A stretch of 64,000 bases of DNA from the NCBI RefSeq assembly GCF_000315625.1, contig NW_005434648.1, forward strand, positions 1-64,000, written 5' to 3'. The position numbers and the translations under genes were made by a program. The notes beneath the pieces are model-generated. The model made no database searches, had not been told where the DNA came from, and was given only the letters and a program-made list of their open reading frames with translations. Source of the DNA: Guillardia theta CCMP2712 (taxonomy: Eukaryota; Protista; Cryptophyta). The stretch's first letter is position 1, and every line of letters starts with the position of its first letter. This document shows positions 12,691 through 25,309 of this stretch, piece by piece.

Positions 12691-13316
12691 GTAAGAGGAG
12701 GCGACAACAAGTTTCAGATGAGGAGGAGGACAGCAACAGAAGTCGCCACGAAGCAAAATGGAGGCTGAGATGTAGCCAATCCGTTGGACGAAGTATCCTC
12801 AGTAACGACCTAGTCCAGCAGAGAACAAGCGAAGAGTGGAGAGGAGCCGGAGGAGCAGGAGGATGGAGAGAAGATGGGAGGAGATGGGAGGAGATGAGAA
12901 GGACAGGACAGGAAGAGGGGGCACGGGATGGGAGGAGGCGAGTTGTGTTGTAAAAGGAGACAGGGGGACTCGTGAGATCAAGATAAAATGGGTGAAACAC
13001 ACCAACAGGAATAGAGAGGAGAGTGCTTGGAGCAAGCATATGAAAGTAAATGATTCGTAGACCGACAAAAGCTGGTGCTGGCGCTGCAAAGCTCCTGACA
13101 GGTCGGCAGTCAGGCAGGTCGAGCCGAGAGCCAGCTGTAGGAATAGCGACAAGTCGAGAGAGAGAGACAAGACATTGAAATCTCCACGCATGACCGATTG
13201 CAGGCCTCATTTCTTCATTCTCTCACTCTCTTCCTCCCAGTCAATACCTGCGCTCTCATCCTCCCCTTCCCTTCACTCCGTTCTTTCGCTCTCTGACATG
13301 CTGTACAGGTTACGCC

Positions 13317-13910
13317 ATGAGTGCAACCATTGTCGCAGAGCCCAACGTTTCATCCATCGTCATCATCGACAGCCAGGGAGAGAGAATTGCCGCTCGCTAC
13401 TTCACAGACGACCTCAAGACGTTGCATGCCCAGCAGCAGTTCGAGAAGAGCCTCCTGTCCAAGGCTCTCAAATGTTCCTCACAGTCTGAAAGTGACATCT
13501 TGCTCTTCGACGGACACATAGCGGTCTTTCGCGAGGGCAAGGACGTGTACTTGTTTGTGACGGGCGATCAGAACGAGAACGAGATCATCCTCGTGGAGGT
13601 GCTCAACGCTCTCTACAACGCCTACGCCTCCCTCCTTCCCGGCGGCTCCCTCGACCGGCACACCATGCTGGAGAAGTTAGACATCGTGTTGCTGGCGCTC
13701 GACGAGATAGTGGATAGCGGAGTCATCCTAGAGATCGAACCCTCCGCCATTGTGAACCGGGTGGGCATGCGAGGAGCGGACGCAGCTCCTGCTCCAGCAG
13801 GCATGATGCCCTTGCAAGCCCAGACGCCGCAGCAGGCGCTGCTTTCTCTCAAGGAGCAGATGACAAGAGCCTTCAAGTCCACAGGCGGAGGGTTCTCAGG
13901 GTCGGGATGA
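13317..13910 (+). CDS. COPZ1: Coatomer subunit zeta
   Basis: IIDSQGERIAARYF, QQQFEKSL, NENEIIL.EVL and LALDEIVDSGVILE match the zeta-COP longin domain. Confidence 0.92.
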   Translation: MSATIVAEPNVSSIVIIDSQGERIAARYFTDDLKTLHAQQQFEKSLLSKALKCSSQSESDILLFDGHIAVFREGKDVYLFVTGDQNENEIILVEVLNALYNAYASLLPGGSLDRHTMLEKLDIVLLALDEIVDSGVILEIEPSAIVNRVGMRGADAAPAPAGMMPLQAQTPQQALLSLKEQMTRAFKSTGGGFSGSG

Positions 13911-14162
13911 GAGGAGTTGAGGAGGCAAGAGTGAGGAGGAGGAGACGGTTTGTCTAGGTAGGCCAGGGAGGGAGGGCAAGCACATGTCAGAGCCTGAGGC
14001 AAGTCAACGGCTAGATGGTCCAACGCATCTGTTGACAAACAATAAAGATCATCATACATCACTCCAGCTGATGCCGGTCTCGTGCCTCTCCCTCGCTCTG
14101 CAGCAGCCCCAGCTCGACCTCCTTCGACTTGAGCACCTCAGGCAGCACTGCCGCCAACCTCA

Positions 14163-17100
14163 TCAGCTCGCACCTACACCCGCCTCCCTCTCTTCACCTT
14201 CACCAGGACCCTCAACGGCGACCTGGAGCGAGTCTTCTCCTTCCTCCTCCGCTCCATCGGTCTTCTGGTATCCCGCCTTCTCCTTCAAGAGCTTGCTTCG
14301 CAGCACCTGCCTGTTCCTCTTCCATTTCTCCGCCAGCGTGCTGTTCTGAAACATGTTCTTCGCACGTGTCCCGATCGCACGCACCTTCTTTCTCCTCGTG
14401 GAGGAGAAGAGGTATCCCCTCTGCCAGTACAAGTCGCCCAACCAGCCGAGCCCGAGCCCCCCGAGCGTGAAGAAGTAGACGAGGCCGACCTTGGGCGTCT
14501 GAGTGAAGAACCTGTGGACGCCGAGGATCCCGAAGAAGAGCCAGAGGAGGAACACAAGGTAGGGAGAGCGCTCGACTGTAGGAGGCAGGCGATACAAGAA
14601 GAAGGACAAGAGGCCTGCGAGCAGGACGTACAAGGCGACCCACAAGATGACGAGAGCAGGAGAAAACTTCCCCCGCTGAGCTCCCGAGGAAGGAGGAGGC
14701 ACGATCTCAGTGTCGACGTCGAAGGTGGGAGGACGGACAAGAGACGCGCGGACAGAGAACTGAGGAGGCGAGTCAGAAGCAGGTGTGGGAGGAGCGAGAC
14801 AAGAAACGACAGATCACCTTGAGTGCTCTCGAGAGCTTCTCCTCGAACAGCCCGTTGCTCAACTCCGCCTTGAGAGTACTCGCGAGCTGCACAGCTCTCT
14901 GAGCCCGTTGAAGCTTGATGGTGAACCCCACGAGAGTTGACGTCACGTTGGAGGACGAGGACGAAGAGCCTCGATCCCTCCTGGCCGTTCCCCGTCTATA
15001 CCCTCTCATGGAGGTGACTTGTGCAACGGAGGTGACGTTGACCTTGGAAGGATCGACGTTGGTCGTGTCTGCGATGCTGGCGACAAACGAGTTGTAAGCA
15101 AAACGGCTGAAGTCCTGAAAGAAGAGTGAGGGAGGGAAGAACAAAAGAAAGCGGCAAACCTGATCGCTGATGCCAGTAAGGGCAATCGCTGCCGATACCT
15201 TCACCGGCACAGTCGCTTCATTCAACCACACGCATGAACTTCCGTTTCCCCCGCAAATCCCGCAGGCATCAACCACAGTGTTACAAACAAGGCACAGCGA
15301 TCCGTCGCCTCCGCACACGCCACAAGCGTCCAACTTCTTGCCGTTGACCTTGTTGTCGCAACCGATGCAGGTACTGTTGTCTCCTCCACACACTCCGCAA
15401 GCGTCGAAGCGTAAGCCGCTGTTGGTCACATTGTCACACCCCAGGCAGCTCTTACCGTTTCCGCCACATATTCCACAGACGTCAAGCATAGCTCCGCTTC
15501 CATGCACACCATCACATCCCACACACGACAAACCGTTGCCTCCGCACACTCCGCACGCGTCAACTGTGTTGTGGCTGTTGGGAATGCCATCGCACCCCTT
15601 GCAGGTCGAGTTGTCTCCCCCACAGATGCCGCACGCGTCCTTCTTCACGCCGCTGAAGGCAATGCCGTCGCATCCCATGCAAGACTGTCCATCTCCCCCG
15701 CAGACCCCGCAGACATCCAGCACCTTGCCGCTGTCAGGAATTCCATCGCAGCCCATGCAAGAGGAGCCGTCACCCCCGCAGACCCCGCAGACGTCCAAGA
15801 CTTTGCCACTGTTGGGTTTGCCGTCACAGCCGAGACACGTCGAGCCATCTCCATCGCAAACTTGACACGCGTCAAACGTCTTGCCGGAGTTGCAAGTTCC
15901 ATCGCACCCAAACACCTTTCCAGAGTCCAACTGCTGGTCGCATCCCATGCTGTGGAAGTTGACAGTAAGGGTGAAGTGAGCTGTGTCGCAGCAGAAGCCA
16001 ACCACTCCGATGAAGAGCAGCCCTTTCATGTTCGTGTTGGCTGCGCTAGAAAGTGTCCTCCCCACGTTCGTCCCCGACCCGCTGCAGCTGTCGCACGAGA
16101 TTTCTCTGCACTCACAAGGAGCTCGGTCGCCCGGGTTAGAGCACGAGCAGAGGCTGCTGTAATGCAGCAAGCTCGGCAGAGAGCCGGCTTGGATGTAGAG
16201 GTCTGGGTCTCCGACAGAGGACGTTCGCGTCATCGTTGCTGTGAAGCTTCCGCCCACGTACGGCCCCAAGTCCACCGCGTAATACTGCCAGGCGTTGGGC
16301 TCGACTAGACCTTCGATGGTCTGCCCAGAGATCACTTGAGGAATCGGCGTAGAGCAGTCTGGTCCCGACCAGAGCCCTTCACACACGCATTCGCCTGCTA
16401 CGCACTGACCATGAACTCCACAAGAATGCTTGCAAGGAGGATCCACAGTCCCCAAGAACTGAAAGTCACCGGTGACAACGATCCCGTAGCATTGCGGGCC
16501 CTGTGGGACTGCATGTCCTATCACCACAATCGTGTAGTTGCCAGGGATCGGAACCTTGACAAAGATCTGCTCATTGTTGTTCAATCGGTCGGCATAGAAG
16601 TAAGAATCTCCATTGATGTTCGATGCAGAAAAATTGTTGCCAATCCACATTCGGTCGTTTGGACCATAGAGCATCAAGTCAAGATCATTGATCAAGACAA
16701 CATCTGAAACGAGAGTTGCTGGCGGGTCTGTCCAAGCAATGGTCACCTTAAAGGACTGACTTGACCGCACCTGACGCGAGCAACCGTCAGCCGTCACACG
16801 CGTTCACAGCTTCACTCTCACCTGAAACTTGAAGGCCGATGCTTCTCCAGTGTCCAGACACTTCGTGGAGTGCGGTGACTGATCATCGCGAATCCATAAG
16901 TTCTTGGGGCCGTGCGCAGATCGATCTTGGAAGTAAAGGGCTTGCTCGATGTTCAGAGACCCATATCCTTGCTCGTTGTTGGGCAGCAGCTGGTCCAGAG
17001 GTTTGGAGCTACTCCCACCATACGAGCTTGCATCCAAGGTGCCGGTCAAGGCCTTTCCTGCTGACAGGGCCATGGCTCGCAGAAGGGCCCCGGACGGCGT

Positions 17101-19684
17101 GTACTTGTTATTCGCCACCGCCACACCAGTGGGGTACCAGCCGTCCATGAAATATTGTCGTATCAGTGCTACCCCCCCAGCAGCTACCGGTGCTGCCATG
17201 GAAGTTCCGCCCATGCCAGTCACACAAGCCCCTGCATTCGGCGGCACTCCACCACACTGTCCAGCTGGAGTTGAGAGACCGCCAGACTTAGCCGACCAGA
17301 TATCTGCGCCGGGCGTGATGATGTCCGGCTTCAGCCGGCCGTCGCCAGTGGGCCCCTGGGAACGCTTGTCAGGCACACAAGATTTCAAGGAGATCAAACC
17401 CACCTTTCCGGAGAAGTACGCCAGATTCTGCTGCCACAGATCTGGGCCAGAGCCCGAGGTGGAAGCAAGAATGGAATAAGCTCCATTCGCACTCTGCAGC
17501 ATTGACAGGGCTGTTTCGCCATCATATCTTGAGATTGAGACACAGCGGATGGTTATTGTCGCATCCGTTCCGCCCATAATCACGGGGGTTCCATAGACGT
17601 TGTCATACACGATCATGGCAATCCCTCCTGCACTCTAAGAGCAGAACGAGAAATCATGGCCAGTAACACGACGTGGTCCCTCTCTTACCTGCACATTGCT
17701 GGCCTTCGTCGTAAAAGCACAAGTTCCTCGGGCTACCAACACAATCTTTCCGTTAGCAGTGCTAGACAGTGCTTGACACGCTTCTATTTGCGATGCGATC
17801 ACGACGGAACCGGATATCTCACCCTTATTGCCAAAACTTGCCCACTTCGCCATGATCTTTTGCTTTTCTAATTCGTCATTCTCAGCTGACAGCGTGATGA
17901 AGGTGGTGTCAGAGGTCTCCAGCATAAGAGATTCCATCGTGCTCTGCTGTGCACCGACGCAAAGAATGTTTTTGGCTGTGGCTGGAGATCCGATCGTAAA
18001 GAGACCCAAATCTCCATCGTTGCCCGCTGCCCATGACGCCAGAAACTCTGCCGTTCGCACCCCAAAGTCAGGAGCAAATCATGATCTTGAAAACAACGTT
18101 CACCTCTATGAGAGTATGAGAAGGAGTCGATCTCCTTGGCCGACGTGGTGTAGAAAATGCTATCCCCACCCCATGATTCTGACCTCACCGCAGCTCCCTG
18201 CGAAATAGTTCTCAACTTTGACCAAACATCTTCTCCTCAGATCACCAGCGAGTAAGGCTCCGGAAAAAGATCGTGTTCCAAATCATCAGGAGGCGTCAAA
18301 TCTCCGTTTTGAAAGATATCATCGAAAACAATCTATTCAATGAAGTCATGGTCGAGACTGCCGAAAGCATTTGCAACCCTTCACCTTTGCGTCAGGAGCC
18401 ATTCCGTTGAAATCAGATTGAGGACTTGTGAGAGCCTTAGCAGACAAAGAGCCCGTTGTGTGGGTCCCATGACCTTCCTCATCCCAAGTGTTTCCTTGTC
18501 CAGCTCGTCCGCGGTAACTGATCACCTTGCGATGGTTTCGATTGACAGTGTTGTACGGGGCCGGGTGATCGGCATCATAGAAGAAGCATAGATTCATATC
18601 TATTCCTGTATCTGCAATTCCCAGTATCTACAGGTTGATCAAAATCATGCAAATGGAACGACATGACACTGACCTGTCCAGTTCCTGTGATCCCCTTGGA
18701 AAAAATCGGCATTTGGCTTGCATCACCACTTTGAATGATGCCTTTAGCCCATTTGTTCCGGAGCTAGGCATTCAGTTAGAGCAGATTGCATGTGCATCAG
18801 ATGTGTCATGGCACCTTGGCTTGCTGCTTCGGTTCGATCCAGTGAGTTCCGGGTTGTCGCAGCAAGAAAGAAACAGCCATTTGCACTTTCGATCTATGTA
18901 TCTTTGCATACAACTTCTTTGATGAGATGGATCGAAGGGTCACCCCTAGATCATGGCTCCAAACCTCGAGCTCTCTGCTCTCTGCAGGCTCGCTAATTGC
19001 AATATACAACTCAATATGCTCCTTGGCATTTAAATGATGAACAGAACTATTTTGAAAGATGAAATCGCGATAAACTTCGTGTGATAGCTTGTGGTGTGGA
19101 AGCAAAGGCTTGACCCATACTACTTCAGGAACGAGCTGTTTCAAGCTTCTGATCTGAGCTGAGCTTGTAAAAACATGAAAAGTACCATGAGGAATGTAGT
19201 TTAGATCATCTATAGCAAGTTAACATCAGCACAGGATTGAAGTGTCGAGCTTACCTTTTGCACAATTCAAAGATGAAGCGATTTTCTGTCTCAAATCTGA
19301 TTTGAAAGGAGGCTTTACATGAATAATCCATTGATGCTTTGCGTTGTCGTCAACGTCGGCAAAATTTTTCTCGATGGCTCGAATTCCGAGTTCATCGTGC
19401 CCATACAAAACCTTTCGAACGCTTGCAGCTAACAACTCCTTCCTGTTGCCTCGCAGTCCTACCCCCCATCTCGACAGCTCGTCGCTACTTGTCGTGCCTT
19501 CAAGGCTCCATCCGTCAACTCCTCCATCAAGGCGACTCATGCCGTCATTCTCGATGCTGCTGCTACTGCTGAAGTCCACGTCGTGATTGCGGTTACTGTA
19601 GAAGTTGTTCTCTATCCTTGCTACAGCAACATGCGACAACAGCAGCGTCGCTAGCATCATCGGCGCTATCCTTATCCCCACCAT
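14163..19684 (-). CDS. Large membrane-anchored subtilisin (S8, KP-43/TagC-like) with PA domain, EGF-like and Cys-rich GCDG..CGVCGG repeats, a TM helix and a C-terminal TM2 domain (multi-exon)
   Basis: Signal peptide, and catalytic triad motifs IADTGID (~18600), GHGTHTTGS and GTSMAAP, plus oxyanion AAGN. PA insert LVARGTCAFTTKA and about 8 Cys-rich repeats. An intron at ~14760-14817 joins in frame to the TM2 exon (FFGILGVHRFF...TLGGLGLGWLGDL). Confidence 0.85.
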
Positions 19685-19956
19685 TTGGACCTCTACTGTC
19701 TACCCACCTATCTTCACCCCAAGTACCCCTACCCCCTCATTTTCCATGTTTAATCACAACCCCCCATGGACTTAAACCACCCACCCCCTCCTCTGCCTGC
19801 CTGGTTTCATGTGAATTTGTGGCGAAAGTTTTACTTGCCGGTGACGGGAGGGGGTGGAGAAGGGAAGAAGGGGGGGTGAGGGAGGGGAAAGGACCAGGTG
19901 GGACAGATGAAACGGAACTATAACGGATAAAATCTTCGTTATTGAACACAACGTAT

Positions 19957-19977
19957 ACCGTTACTGTAAGTAACGGT
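19957..19977. promoter_or_regulatory. Perfect 9-bp palindrome (accgttact-gta-agtaacggt) with two Myb-type CCGTTA/TAACGG cores, in a divergent intergenic region
   Basis: Palindrome read directly from the sequence, with another taacgg at 19921. It lies between the divergently oriented subtilisin and ARPC4 genes. Function is inferred. Confidence 0.35.
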
Positions 19978-20377
19978 CAAGAATGAGCTGTCAGACGGCA
20001 GTGAACGGAATGCTGTCCTCGCGGTAGCCAGCAAGGACGCAAGGCGTCGCCTAGACATGCCGCTCTTCATAAGCTTCCATCTTGCTCTCTGCTGAGTGTA
20101 GCTCCATCTGTCTAGATCTTACTTCTTGTTTCTTGCCATGCCTCCTTTATGCAAAGGCTTTGATCCATTAGAAAGTGGAAGAACAGAACGATAATGACAA
20201 TTTGATGTGCATGAAAATTGTGGGATTTATGATGCATGTTTCGGGAGTTATCATGTATCCGGGTTGATTATCGCACCTCGTTGTTTCTTTCATAACATTT
20301 CTTTCAAAAAATTTAAAGAAATGACTCCTGTTGTTTTGCAATTTAATTTGTCTACTCAGGTCAAGTCTCCAATTGGT

Positions 20378-20884
20378 ATGTCGACTTCCCAGCAACCTTA
20401 TTTTGCATGTGTCAGAAACACGCTGAATGCAGCAATGTGTTTACAAAGCTTTGGATGCCAGGATGTTGAACGGCATAACAAACCAGAAATCGAGGTAGGA
20501 AGGTCTCCGGAGCTAATTTTGAACCCAATTGTGATCTCAAGAACTGAAAACGAAAAAGTCATGATTGAAACTTCAGTAAATTCCATGAGAATTAGTATCA
20601 AGATCAAGCAGGCAGACGCTTTGGAGGAAATGTTAGTGGCAAAATTCATGAGATTCTTGATGAGACGTGCAGAACAGTTCGCTGTGTTACGTCGGAAACC
20701 AGTTGAAGGTTATGATATCAGCTTTCTTATCACCAATAAGCATTTGGAAGGAATGATGAAGCACAAGGTAATCGATTTCATTATCCAGTTCATGGAGGAT
20801 ATCGACAAGGAAGTCAGTGCCATGAAACTTAATGTAAACTCTCGTGGCAGGGTTGTCGCATCGAAATTTTTGGAACAGTTTTGA
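20378..20884 (+). CDS. ARPC4: Arp2/3 complex subunit 4 (p20-Arc)
   Basis: [37 protein letters not shown] and [17 protein letters not shown]. Likely start ATG at 20378. Confidence 0.95.
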   Translation: MSTSQQPYFACVRNTLNAAMCLQSFGCQDVERHNKPEIEVGRSPELILNPIVISRTENEKVMIETSVNSMRISIKIKQADALEEMLVAKFMRFLMRRAEQFAVLRRKPVEGYDISFLITNKHLEGMMKHKVIDFIIQFMEDIDKEVSAMKLNVNSRGRVVASKFLEQF

Positions 20885-21077
20885 TGTAAATTGCTGTGTT
20901 GTAGTTCACATTCGAAATCATATAAATGTGAATCAAATGCTGTCCACCTGTTGATGAGGTCTTCCACAACACATCATCCAGTCAACGTACCGAGTCACTT
21001 GACTTGGCAAATCGTCACATGAGTCAACGAAGTTTATTCCTCACAAGCTGGCATCAAGTTAAACTACTCCGTTGTGT

Positions 21078-21669
21078 TTAATCGAAAGCGTGCTTCTTAT
21101 GATGCCTGCCCTCAACAGTGTCGACGGCTCCGGCAACCTCGTGGCTGCCGTAGTTCCAGAGCCAGGAGGAGTTCCTGAGACCCATGGCGATGTGGTGAGG
21201 AGCCGAGGGGGAGAGGCGGATCTCGTCGTTGTGAGCAGCGTTCCAGAGCTAGTGAAAGAAGAATTATCAACTGTGTAACACAAAAGTTGCAATGACAATA
21301 TCGACTGCGAAGGTGGGATATGAAACACGGCTCAAATTCATCAGGCCAATTAACACTTATCGATAATCAACATCAGTAAAGAATATGCACAACAAATCAA
21401 ACACGTGGGCACATCTTTATGACTCATCGTCATCCAAAAATAACATCGGCAAAAGAAGCGAAAAAGTGCCGAGCAATTAACTGTGAACCTTTTATGAAAC
21501 GACGTCATAGTTCAACATCCCAAAACAGAAAATGAGGGCACTTGCCATCAAGCGACATATCAGCATGCTCAGACAAGAGACGCATATCCATGTTATCACG
21601 GTGACGAGAAGAGGAGAAGAAGGGATTTCTAACGCTCGCATCCGCACGGGTACTCACAGTAGAGAGCAT
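21078..21669 (-). CDS. Small multi-exon hypothetical protein
   Basis: gccATG-CTC-TCT-ACT|gtgagt micro first exon, and a C-ending-codon-biased last exon LWNAAHNDEIRLSPSAPHHIAMGLRNSSWLWNYGSHEVAGAVDTVEGRHHKKHAFD*. Confidence 0.45.
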
Positions 21670-22319
21670 GGCGAAGGACTGTGACTCTTCGTCAAGGGCC
21701 AGCGGGCTGTAAATAACAGTTACGTATCGTTACACAACCATTTCAAACCGTTACGATTATGGGCGTCCATAACGGATTAATGGTACCGGCGAAGTGAGAC
21801 AAGGCGGTGCAGGCTAGGGGCAGGGCGAGGGAGGGGAAGAGAGAAAAGACGAGCAAAATAACTAGAAGAAGGGATATGCAACAATCGTGATGACACTGTC
21901 GTGAAATTACATCGTATCTTTCCAGGAAGGAATGCGATGAGTAGCTAACTTGGCAATGAGTAGAACTTCAGTGATGAGCGCAACTGAGCAGAGATGAATG
22001 TTGTAGAGGCACTAGTGTCCTCGAATCCTCTAGATTTGGAAGATTTTGAAGTATGTAGCAGCTGATGAAGGGAACAGGTCGTTAGATTTTACTCTTCGAG
22101 TGTGGACAGGGACCACATGAACCACTGAAAGCCAACATGTTCCCAATGGAGATGCTGAATTAAGTTTCCCATGAATAGGGTGTTGCATCCACCCATTGTC
22201 AGCTTATCTCTGATCTTTTTTTGCAAGCAAACATCAGTTCCATAGTCATTCAAAGATTCACTATATGTCTGGCTGATGGTTGTCCTGTACTAAATATTTT
22301 TAATAATTTTGGTTGTTGC

Positions 22320-22777
22320 ATGTCCTCGAAAACAGTGCGCAAGTACACAAACGATGAGTATGGATCATTGACTAGCGAAGAGGCAAACTGGTCCCACGCT
22401 ACTTAAATCTTAGTAACAGCAAAGGTGGATCATAGCGTATTGATGGGATGGAGGAAATGGAAGAACTTTGTGGTGACTTGCATTTGCCATCCCTCTCATG
22501 TTTTAAAGTCAATCATTGGCCAGAAAGCTCTGAAGGAGAAGAATCCATCTTGCCTTGTGAAGACGGGCGGAAGGCTTTTTCAAGATGGTTGGTGCTTCTG
22601 ACGAGCTGTGTGGTCAGTTTCTTGATAGGAATGACCACGATGTACTTCATCCTACCCAGCACCAACAAGAAACCATCTGAAAAAAGTCGTATAGATAAGC
22701 TCAAGGATTGCGAAGACTTGATCTGCAGCTTTTCAAATTACATCGAAGCTCAATGCCACTCTTTGTGTGGCCCTTGA
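22320..22777 (+). CDS. Hypothetical single-pass membrane protein
   Basis: ORF 22448-22777 carries one hydrophobic helix (WLVLLTSCVVSFLIGMTTMYFIL), with a probable upstream exon from ~22320. Confidence 0.3.
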
Positions 22778-22924
22778 TCCATTCCTGGGCGCGATGGAAG
22801 AATGAAGCCTGATAGGCCGTGGCCGATACACTGCCGTACTCTTCCATGGACTGCACATGACACTGTATGTGTGGCGACGACTCGAGAGGCTTCTTGGGTA
22901 TGGAAGTGCTGTCTCACGGCGTCT

Positions 22925-23330
22925 GAGTCAAGTTGACTCAAGTTTGTGCTCAGTTGAGTGCCCCTGTCAAACTATCAGTGAAAAGCAATCCAATCATCCG
23001 ATTACAGTCAAGATTCCGAGCCGCCTTTGGAACGGTCTCTTGTCACTGGTGATGCCCACGGCCGCCGGACTCCGGGAGCCGCTGCCGTGACGATGCCAGC
23101 CTGCAGCCTGACTCCGTGGCCGCGGCGCAAGCCTTCGGCGGGGCAACTGACCGCGCGACTCTGTCACGCCCCGGCCCGGAACGGTGCCGGGCCGGGGGGC
23201 CGGGGGGGCTCACTGCCACGGTACCGTGACGGTCCGACGGTCAGTACCGGCCGCCCCGGGCCGCCGGGGGGAGTCCGCCCGGCCGGTCACTGCAACTTAC
23301 TGAGGCTCGGAACTAAATTGCCATTGTGAA
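22925..23330. repeat. GC-rich palindrome-dense interspersed element (same style as 3600-3720 and 6160-6320)
   Basis: tgagtcaa-g-ttgactca and cacggtaccgtg palindromes, with shared ccgtgac/gtcacg and ccggcccg motifs. Confidence 0.45.
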
Positions 23331-24874
23331 CTGCAAGGGTGGGGTTGTCTAGTGGTAATTTATAGGGTGGGGTAAGAAGATTCTGTTTTTGTCGACATCA
23401 GCATGGTATGACAGAGCTTCGCGAGGAGGAGGAGAAGAGGAAAGGAAGAGAGTAGAAGAAGAGCTAGTGGATCAAGACTAGCAATAGGAGCTAGTAGGAG
23501 ATTGCATACTCTATCACGTGCATAGGTATGCCTTGTCCTTGTGGGACTGCAGGACGTGGACCTCCGTGAGAGTGGCGAGGTGGCGAGGAGCGCCGGACCC
23601 CTGCATTGTTTTTGAGCTGCTCTGAATAGTTGTTCTGTGAACAGCCAAAGAAGGGAGGAAAGAGACTGGCTGATCTTGGAGATGGACAGGAGGGTGTCAC
23701 AAAAGGTGATGTGAATGTAACTTCTCATGGGGGGAGGGAACGAAAAATGTTTGGCCAACCCCCACCCAAGTGGCACTGTCAAACCTTCTGACAAAAGAAT
23801 CTCCAAACAGATGAGATCGTGCCGAAAGAAAATTCCTCGTCGAACACAGATGAGCAAGAGGTTCTTGTCTTGTTCAAAATTTGCTATGATACGAGTGATA
23901 GAAGCAAGACGAAAACGTTCCCACACAAGGAAACGAATCGGGACCCGAGCCTGAGGTGCTGATACCAACCCTTTGATCGACGGCAGAAAATCTCATGCAT
24001 GCATCAGGCTGTAGAAATCGAAGTGAAGAGTAAACCACCGCAGCAGGAGCAGGCAGAGAAAGAGGTTTCAACGCGCACAGGAATCGAGTCGTCCTTTGAG
24101 TTTGCGTTCGAAGGTTGCAGCTAAGATAGAGGCGTCCGATGCAACAGCAACAGACAAGTCGGCACAGCAACTGCAGCGTGTTGTGCTGTCCAGTCGGCAA
24201 CGAAATGTGTGTGGTCGGTGACTTTTTAATTTCAATGACGCGTACGACAGGCCAGTCAGGCCTGGGAAAGATATAACAAAGAAGTTGAAAAGCATTTTGG
24301 TTCTCTATTCAAGGTGGTGAAGTTGCAAGTTGATTGGCGTTTTGAAGAATGATTTCTCAGGGTGTGGACAATGATATGAAGTCTGTTGCTAAGAACCTTC
24401 AGGTACAATCATCTTCGTGCGGTGTTCGCTCTTGACTGTGAACTTGGACAGGACAACCTGCAGAGTGCCAAGGGTGTCGAGCGCAACGTGAAGACCGCCA
24501 AGACGTATCTGACTCACATCTCTCAAGCACTTGAGAGCATCGACACTCTCGTCGTGCCGATTGTCTTGCAGAAGAATGGCAACTTCTAAGCGACTGTGGC
24601 TAGCAGGCGTCAAACCTTGGACACTATCAGTCATGATGAAGACAACTGCAGCTGCCACACTCAATTCTCTGAGAAGGCCATGTAACAGCATTTTCTGGTG
24701 TTGCAATGCACTCAAAACATATAAACAAATCATTGGACAATGATCATCTGATGGCTTTGAATTTAACTTATTGTTTTGAAAAACGAGTGTGAAAGCAATA
24801 TTCCCTGAAATGTTTCCAGTCGTAATGGAGGTGAAGAGAAAACAAGACAAGACCAGGGAGGTGTCATGAGATGG

Positions 24875-25040
24875 AGCAGAGCACAGCAGAGCACAGCACA
24901 GCAGAGCAGAGCAGAGCGCTGCTGTTTGAGCACAGCAGAGCAGAGCAGAGCAGAGCAGAGCACTGCTGTTTGAGCACAGTACAGCAGAGCACTGCTGTTT
25001 GAGCACAGCAGAGCACAGCAGAGCACAGCAGAGCAGAGCA
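24875..25040. repeat. (CAGAG/CACAG)n degenerate microsatellite with higher-order gctgtttgagcacag units
   Basis: Read directly from the sequence. Confidence 0.85.
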
Positions 25041-25309
25041 GGGTTTAATTAGGTAGTCTGTAGTCGCTCCGACAGTAATGTGCCCCAAACCAGACCCACC
25101 CAATTTACTTGGTACCCGTTTGAGAAAAGGTAAAATAACCGGTACTTCGCTCAGACTACCCCACCCTACGAGGTCCAATTGGGAGACTCGTTGAGAGGAA
25201 GCTGTAACATCAGTGGTAGTGAGGGCAAACAGGGAGGCAGGGAGACAGACAAGCAGGGAGGCAGACAAGCAGGCAAGCAGGGAGGCAGGCAGGTGGTTAG
25301 AAGGAGGCC

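Noticed and set aside
12360-13210. Long ORFs with poly-E, poly-P, poly-S or poly-R
   Set aside because: These are open frames created by a GAG-rich low-complexity repeat, with no domain evidence.
23360-24589. Possible multi-exon gene
   Set aside because: Some splice-like signals are present, but there is no recognisable motif and a consistent gene model could not be built.
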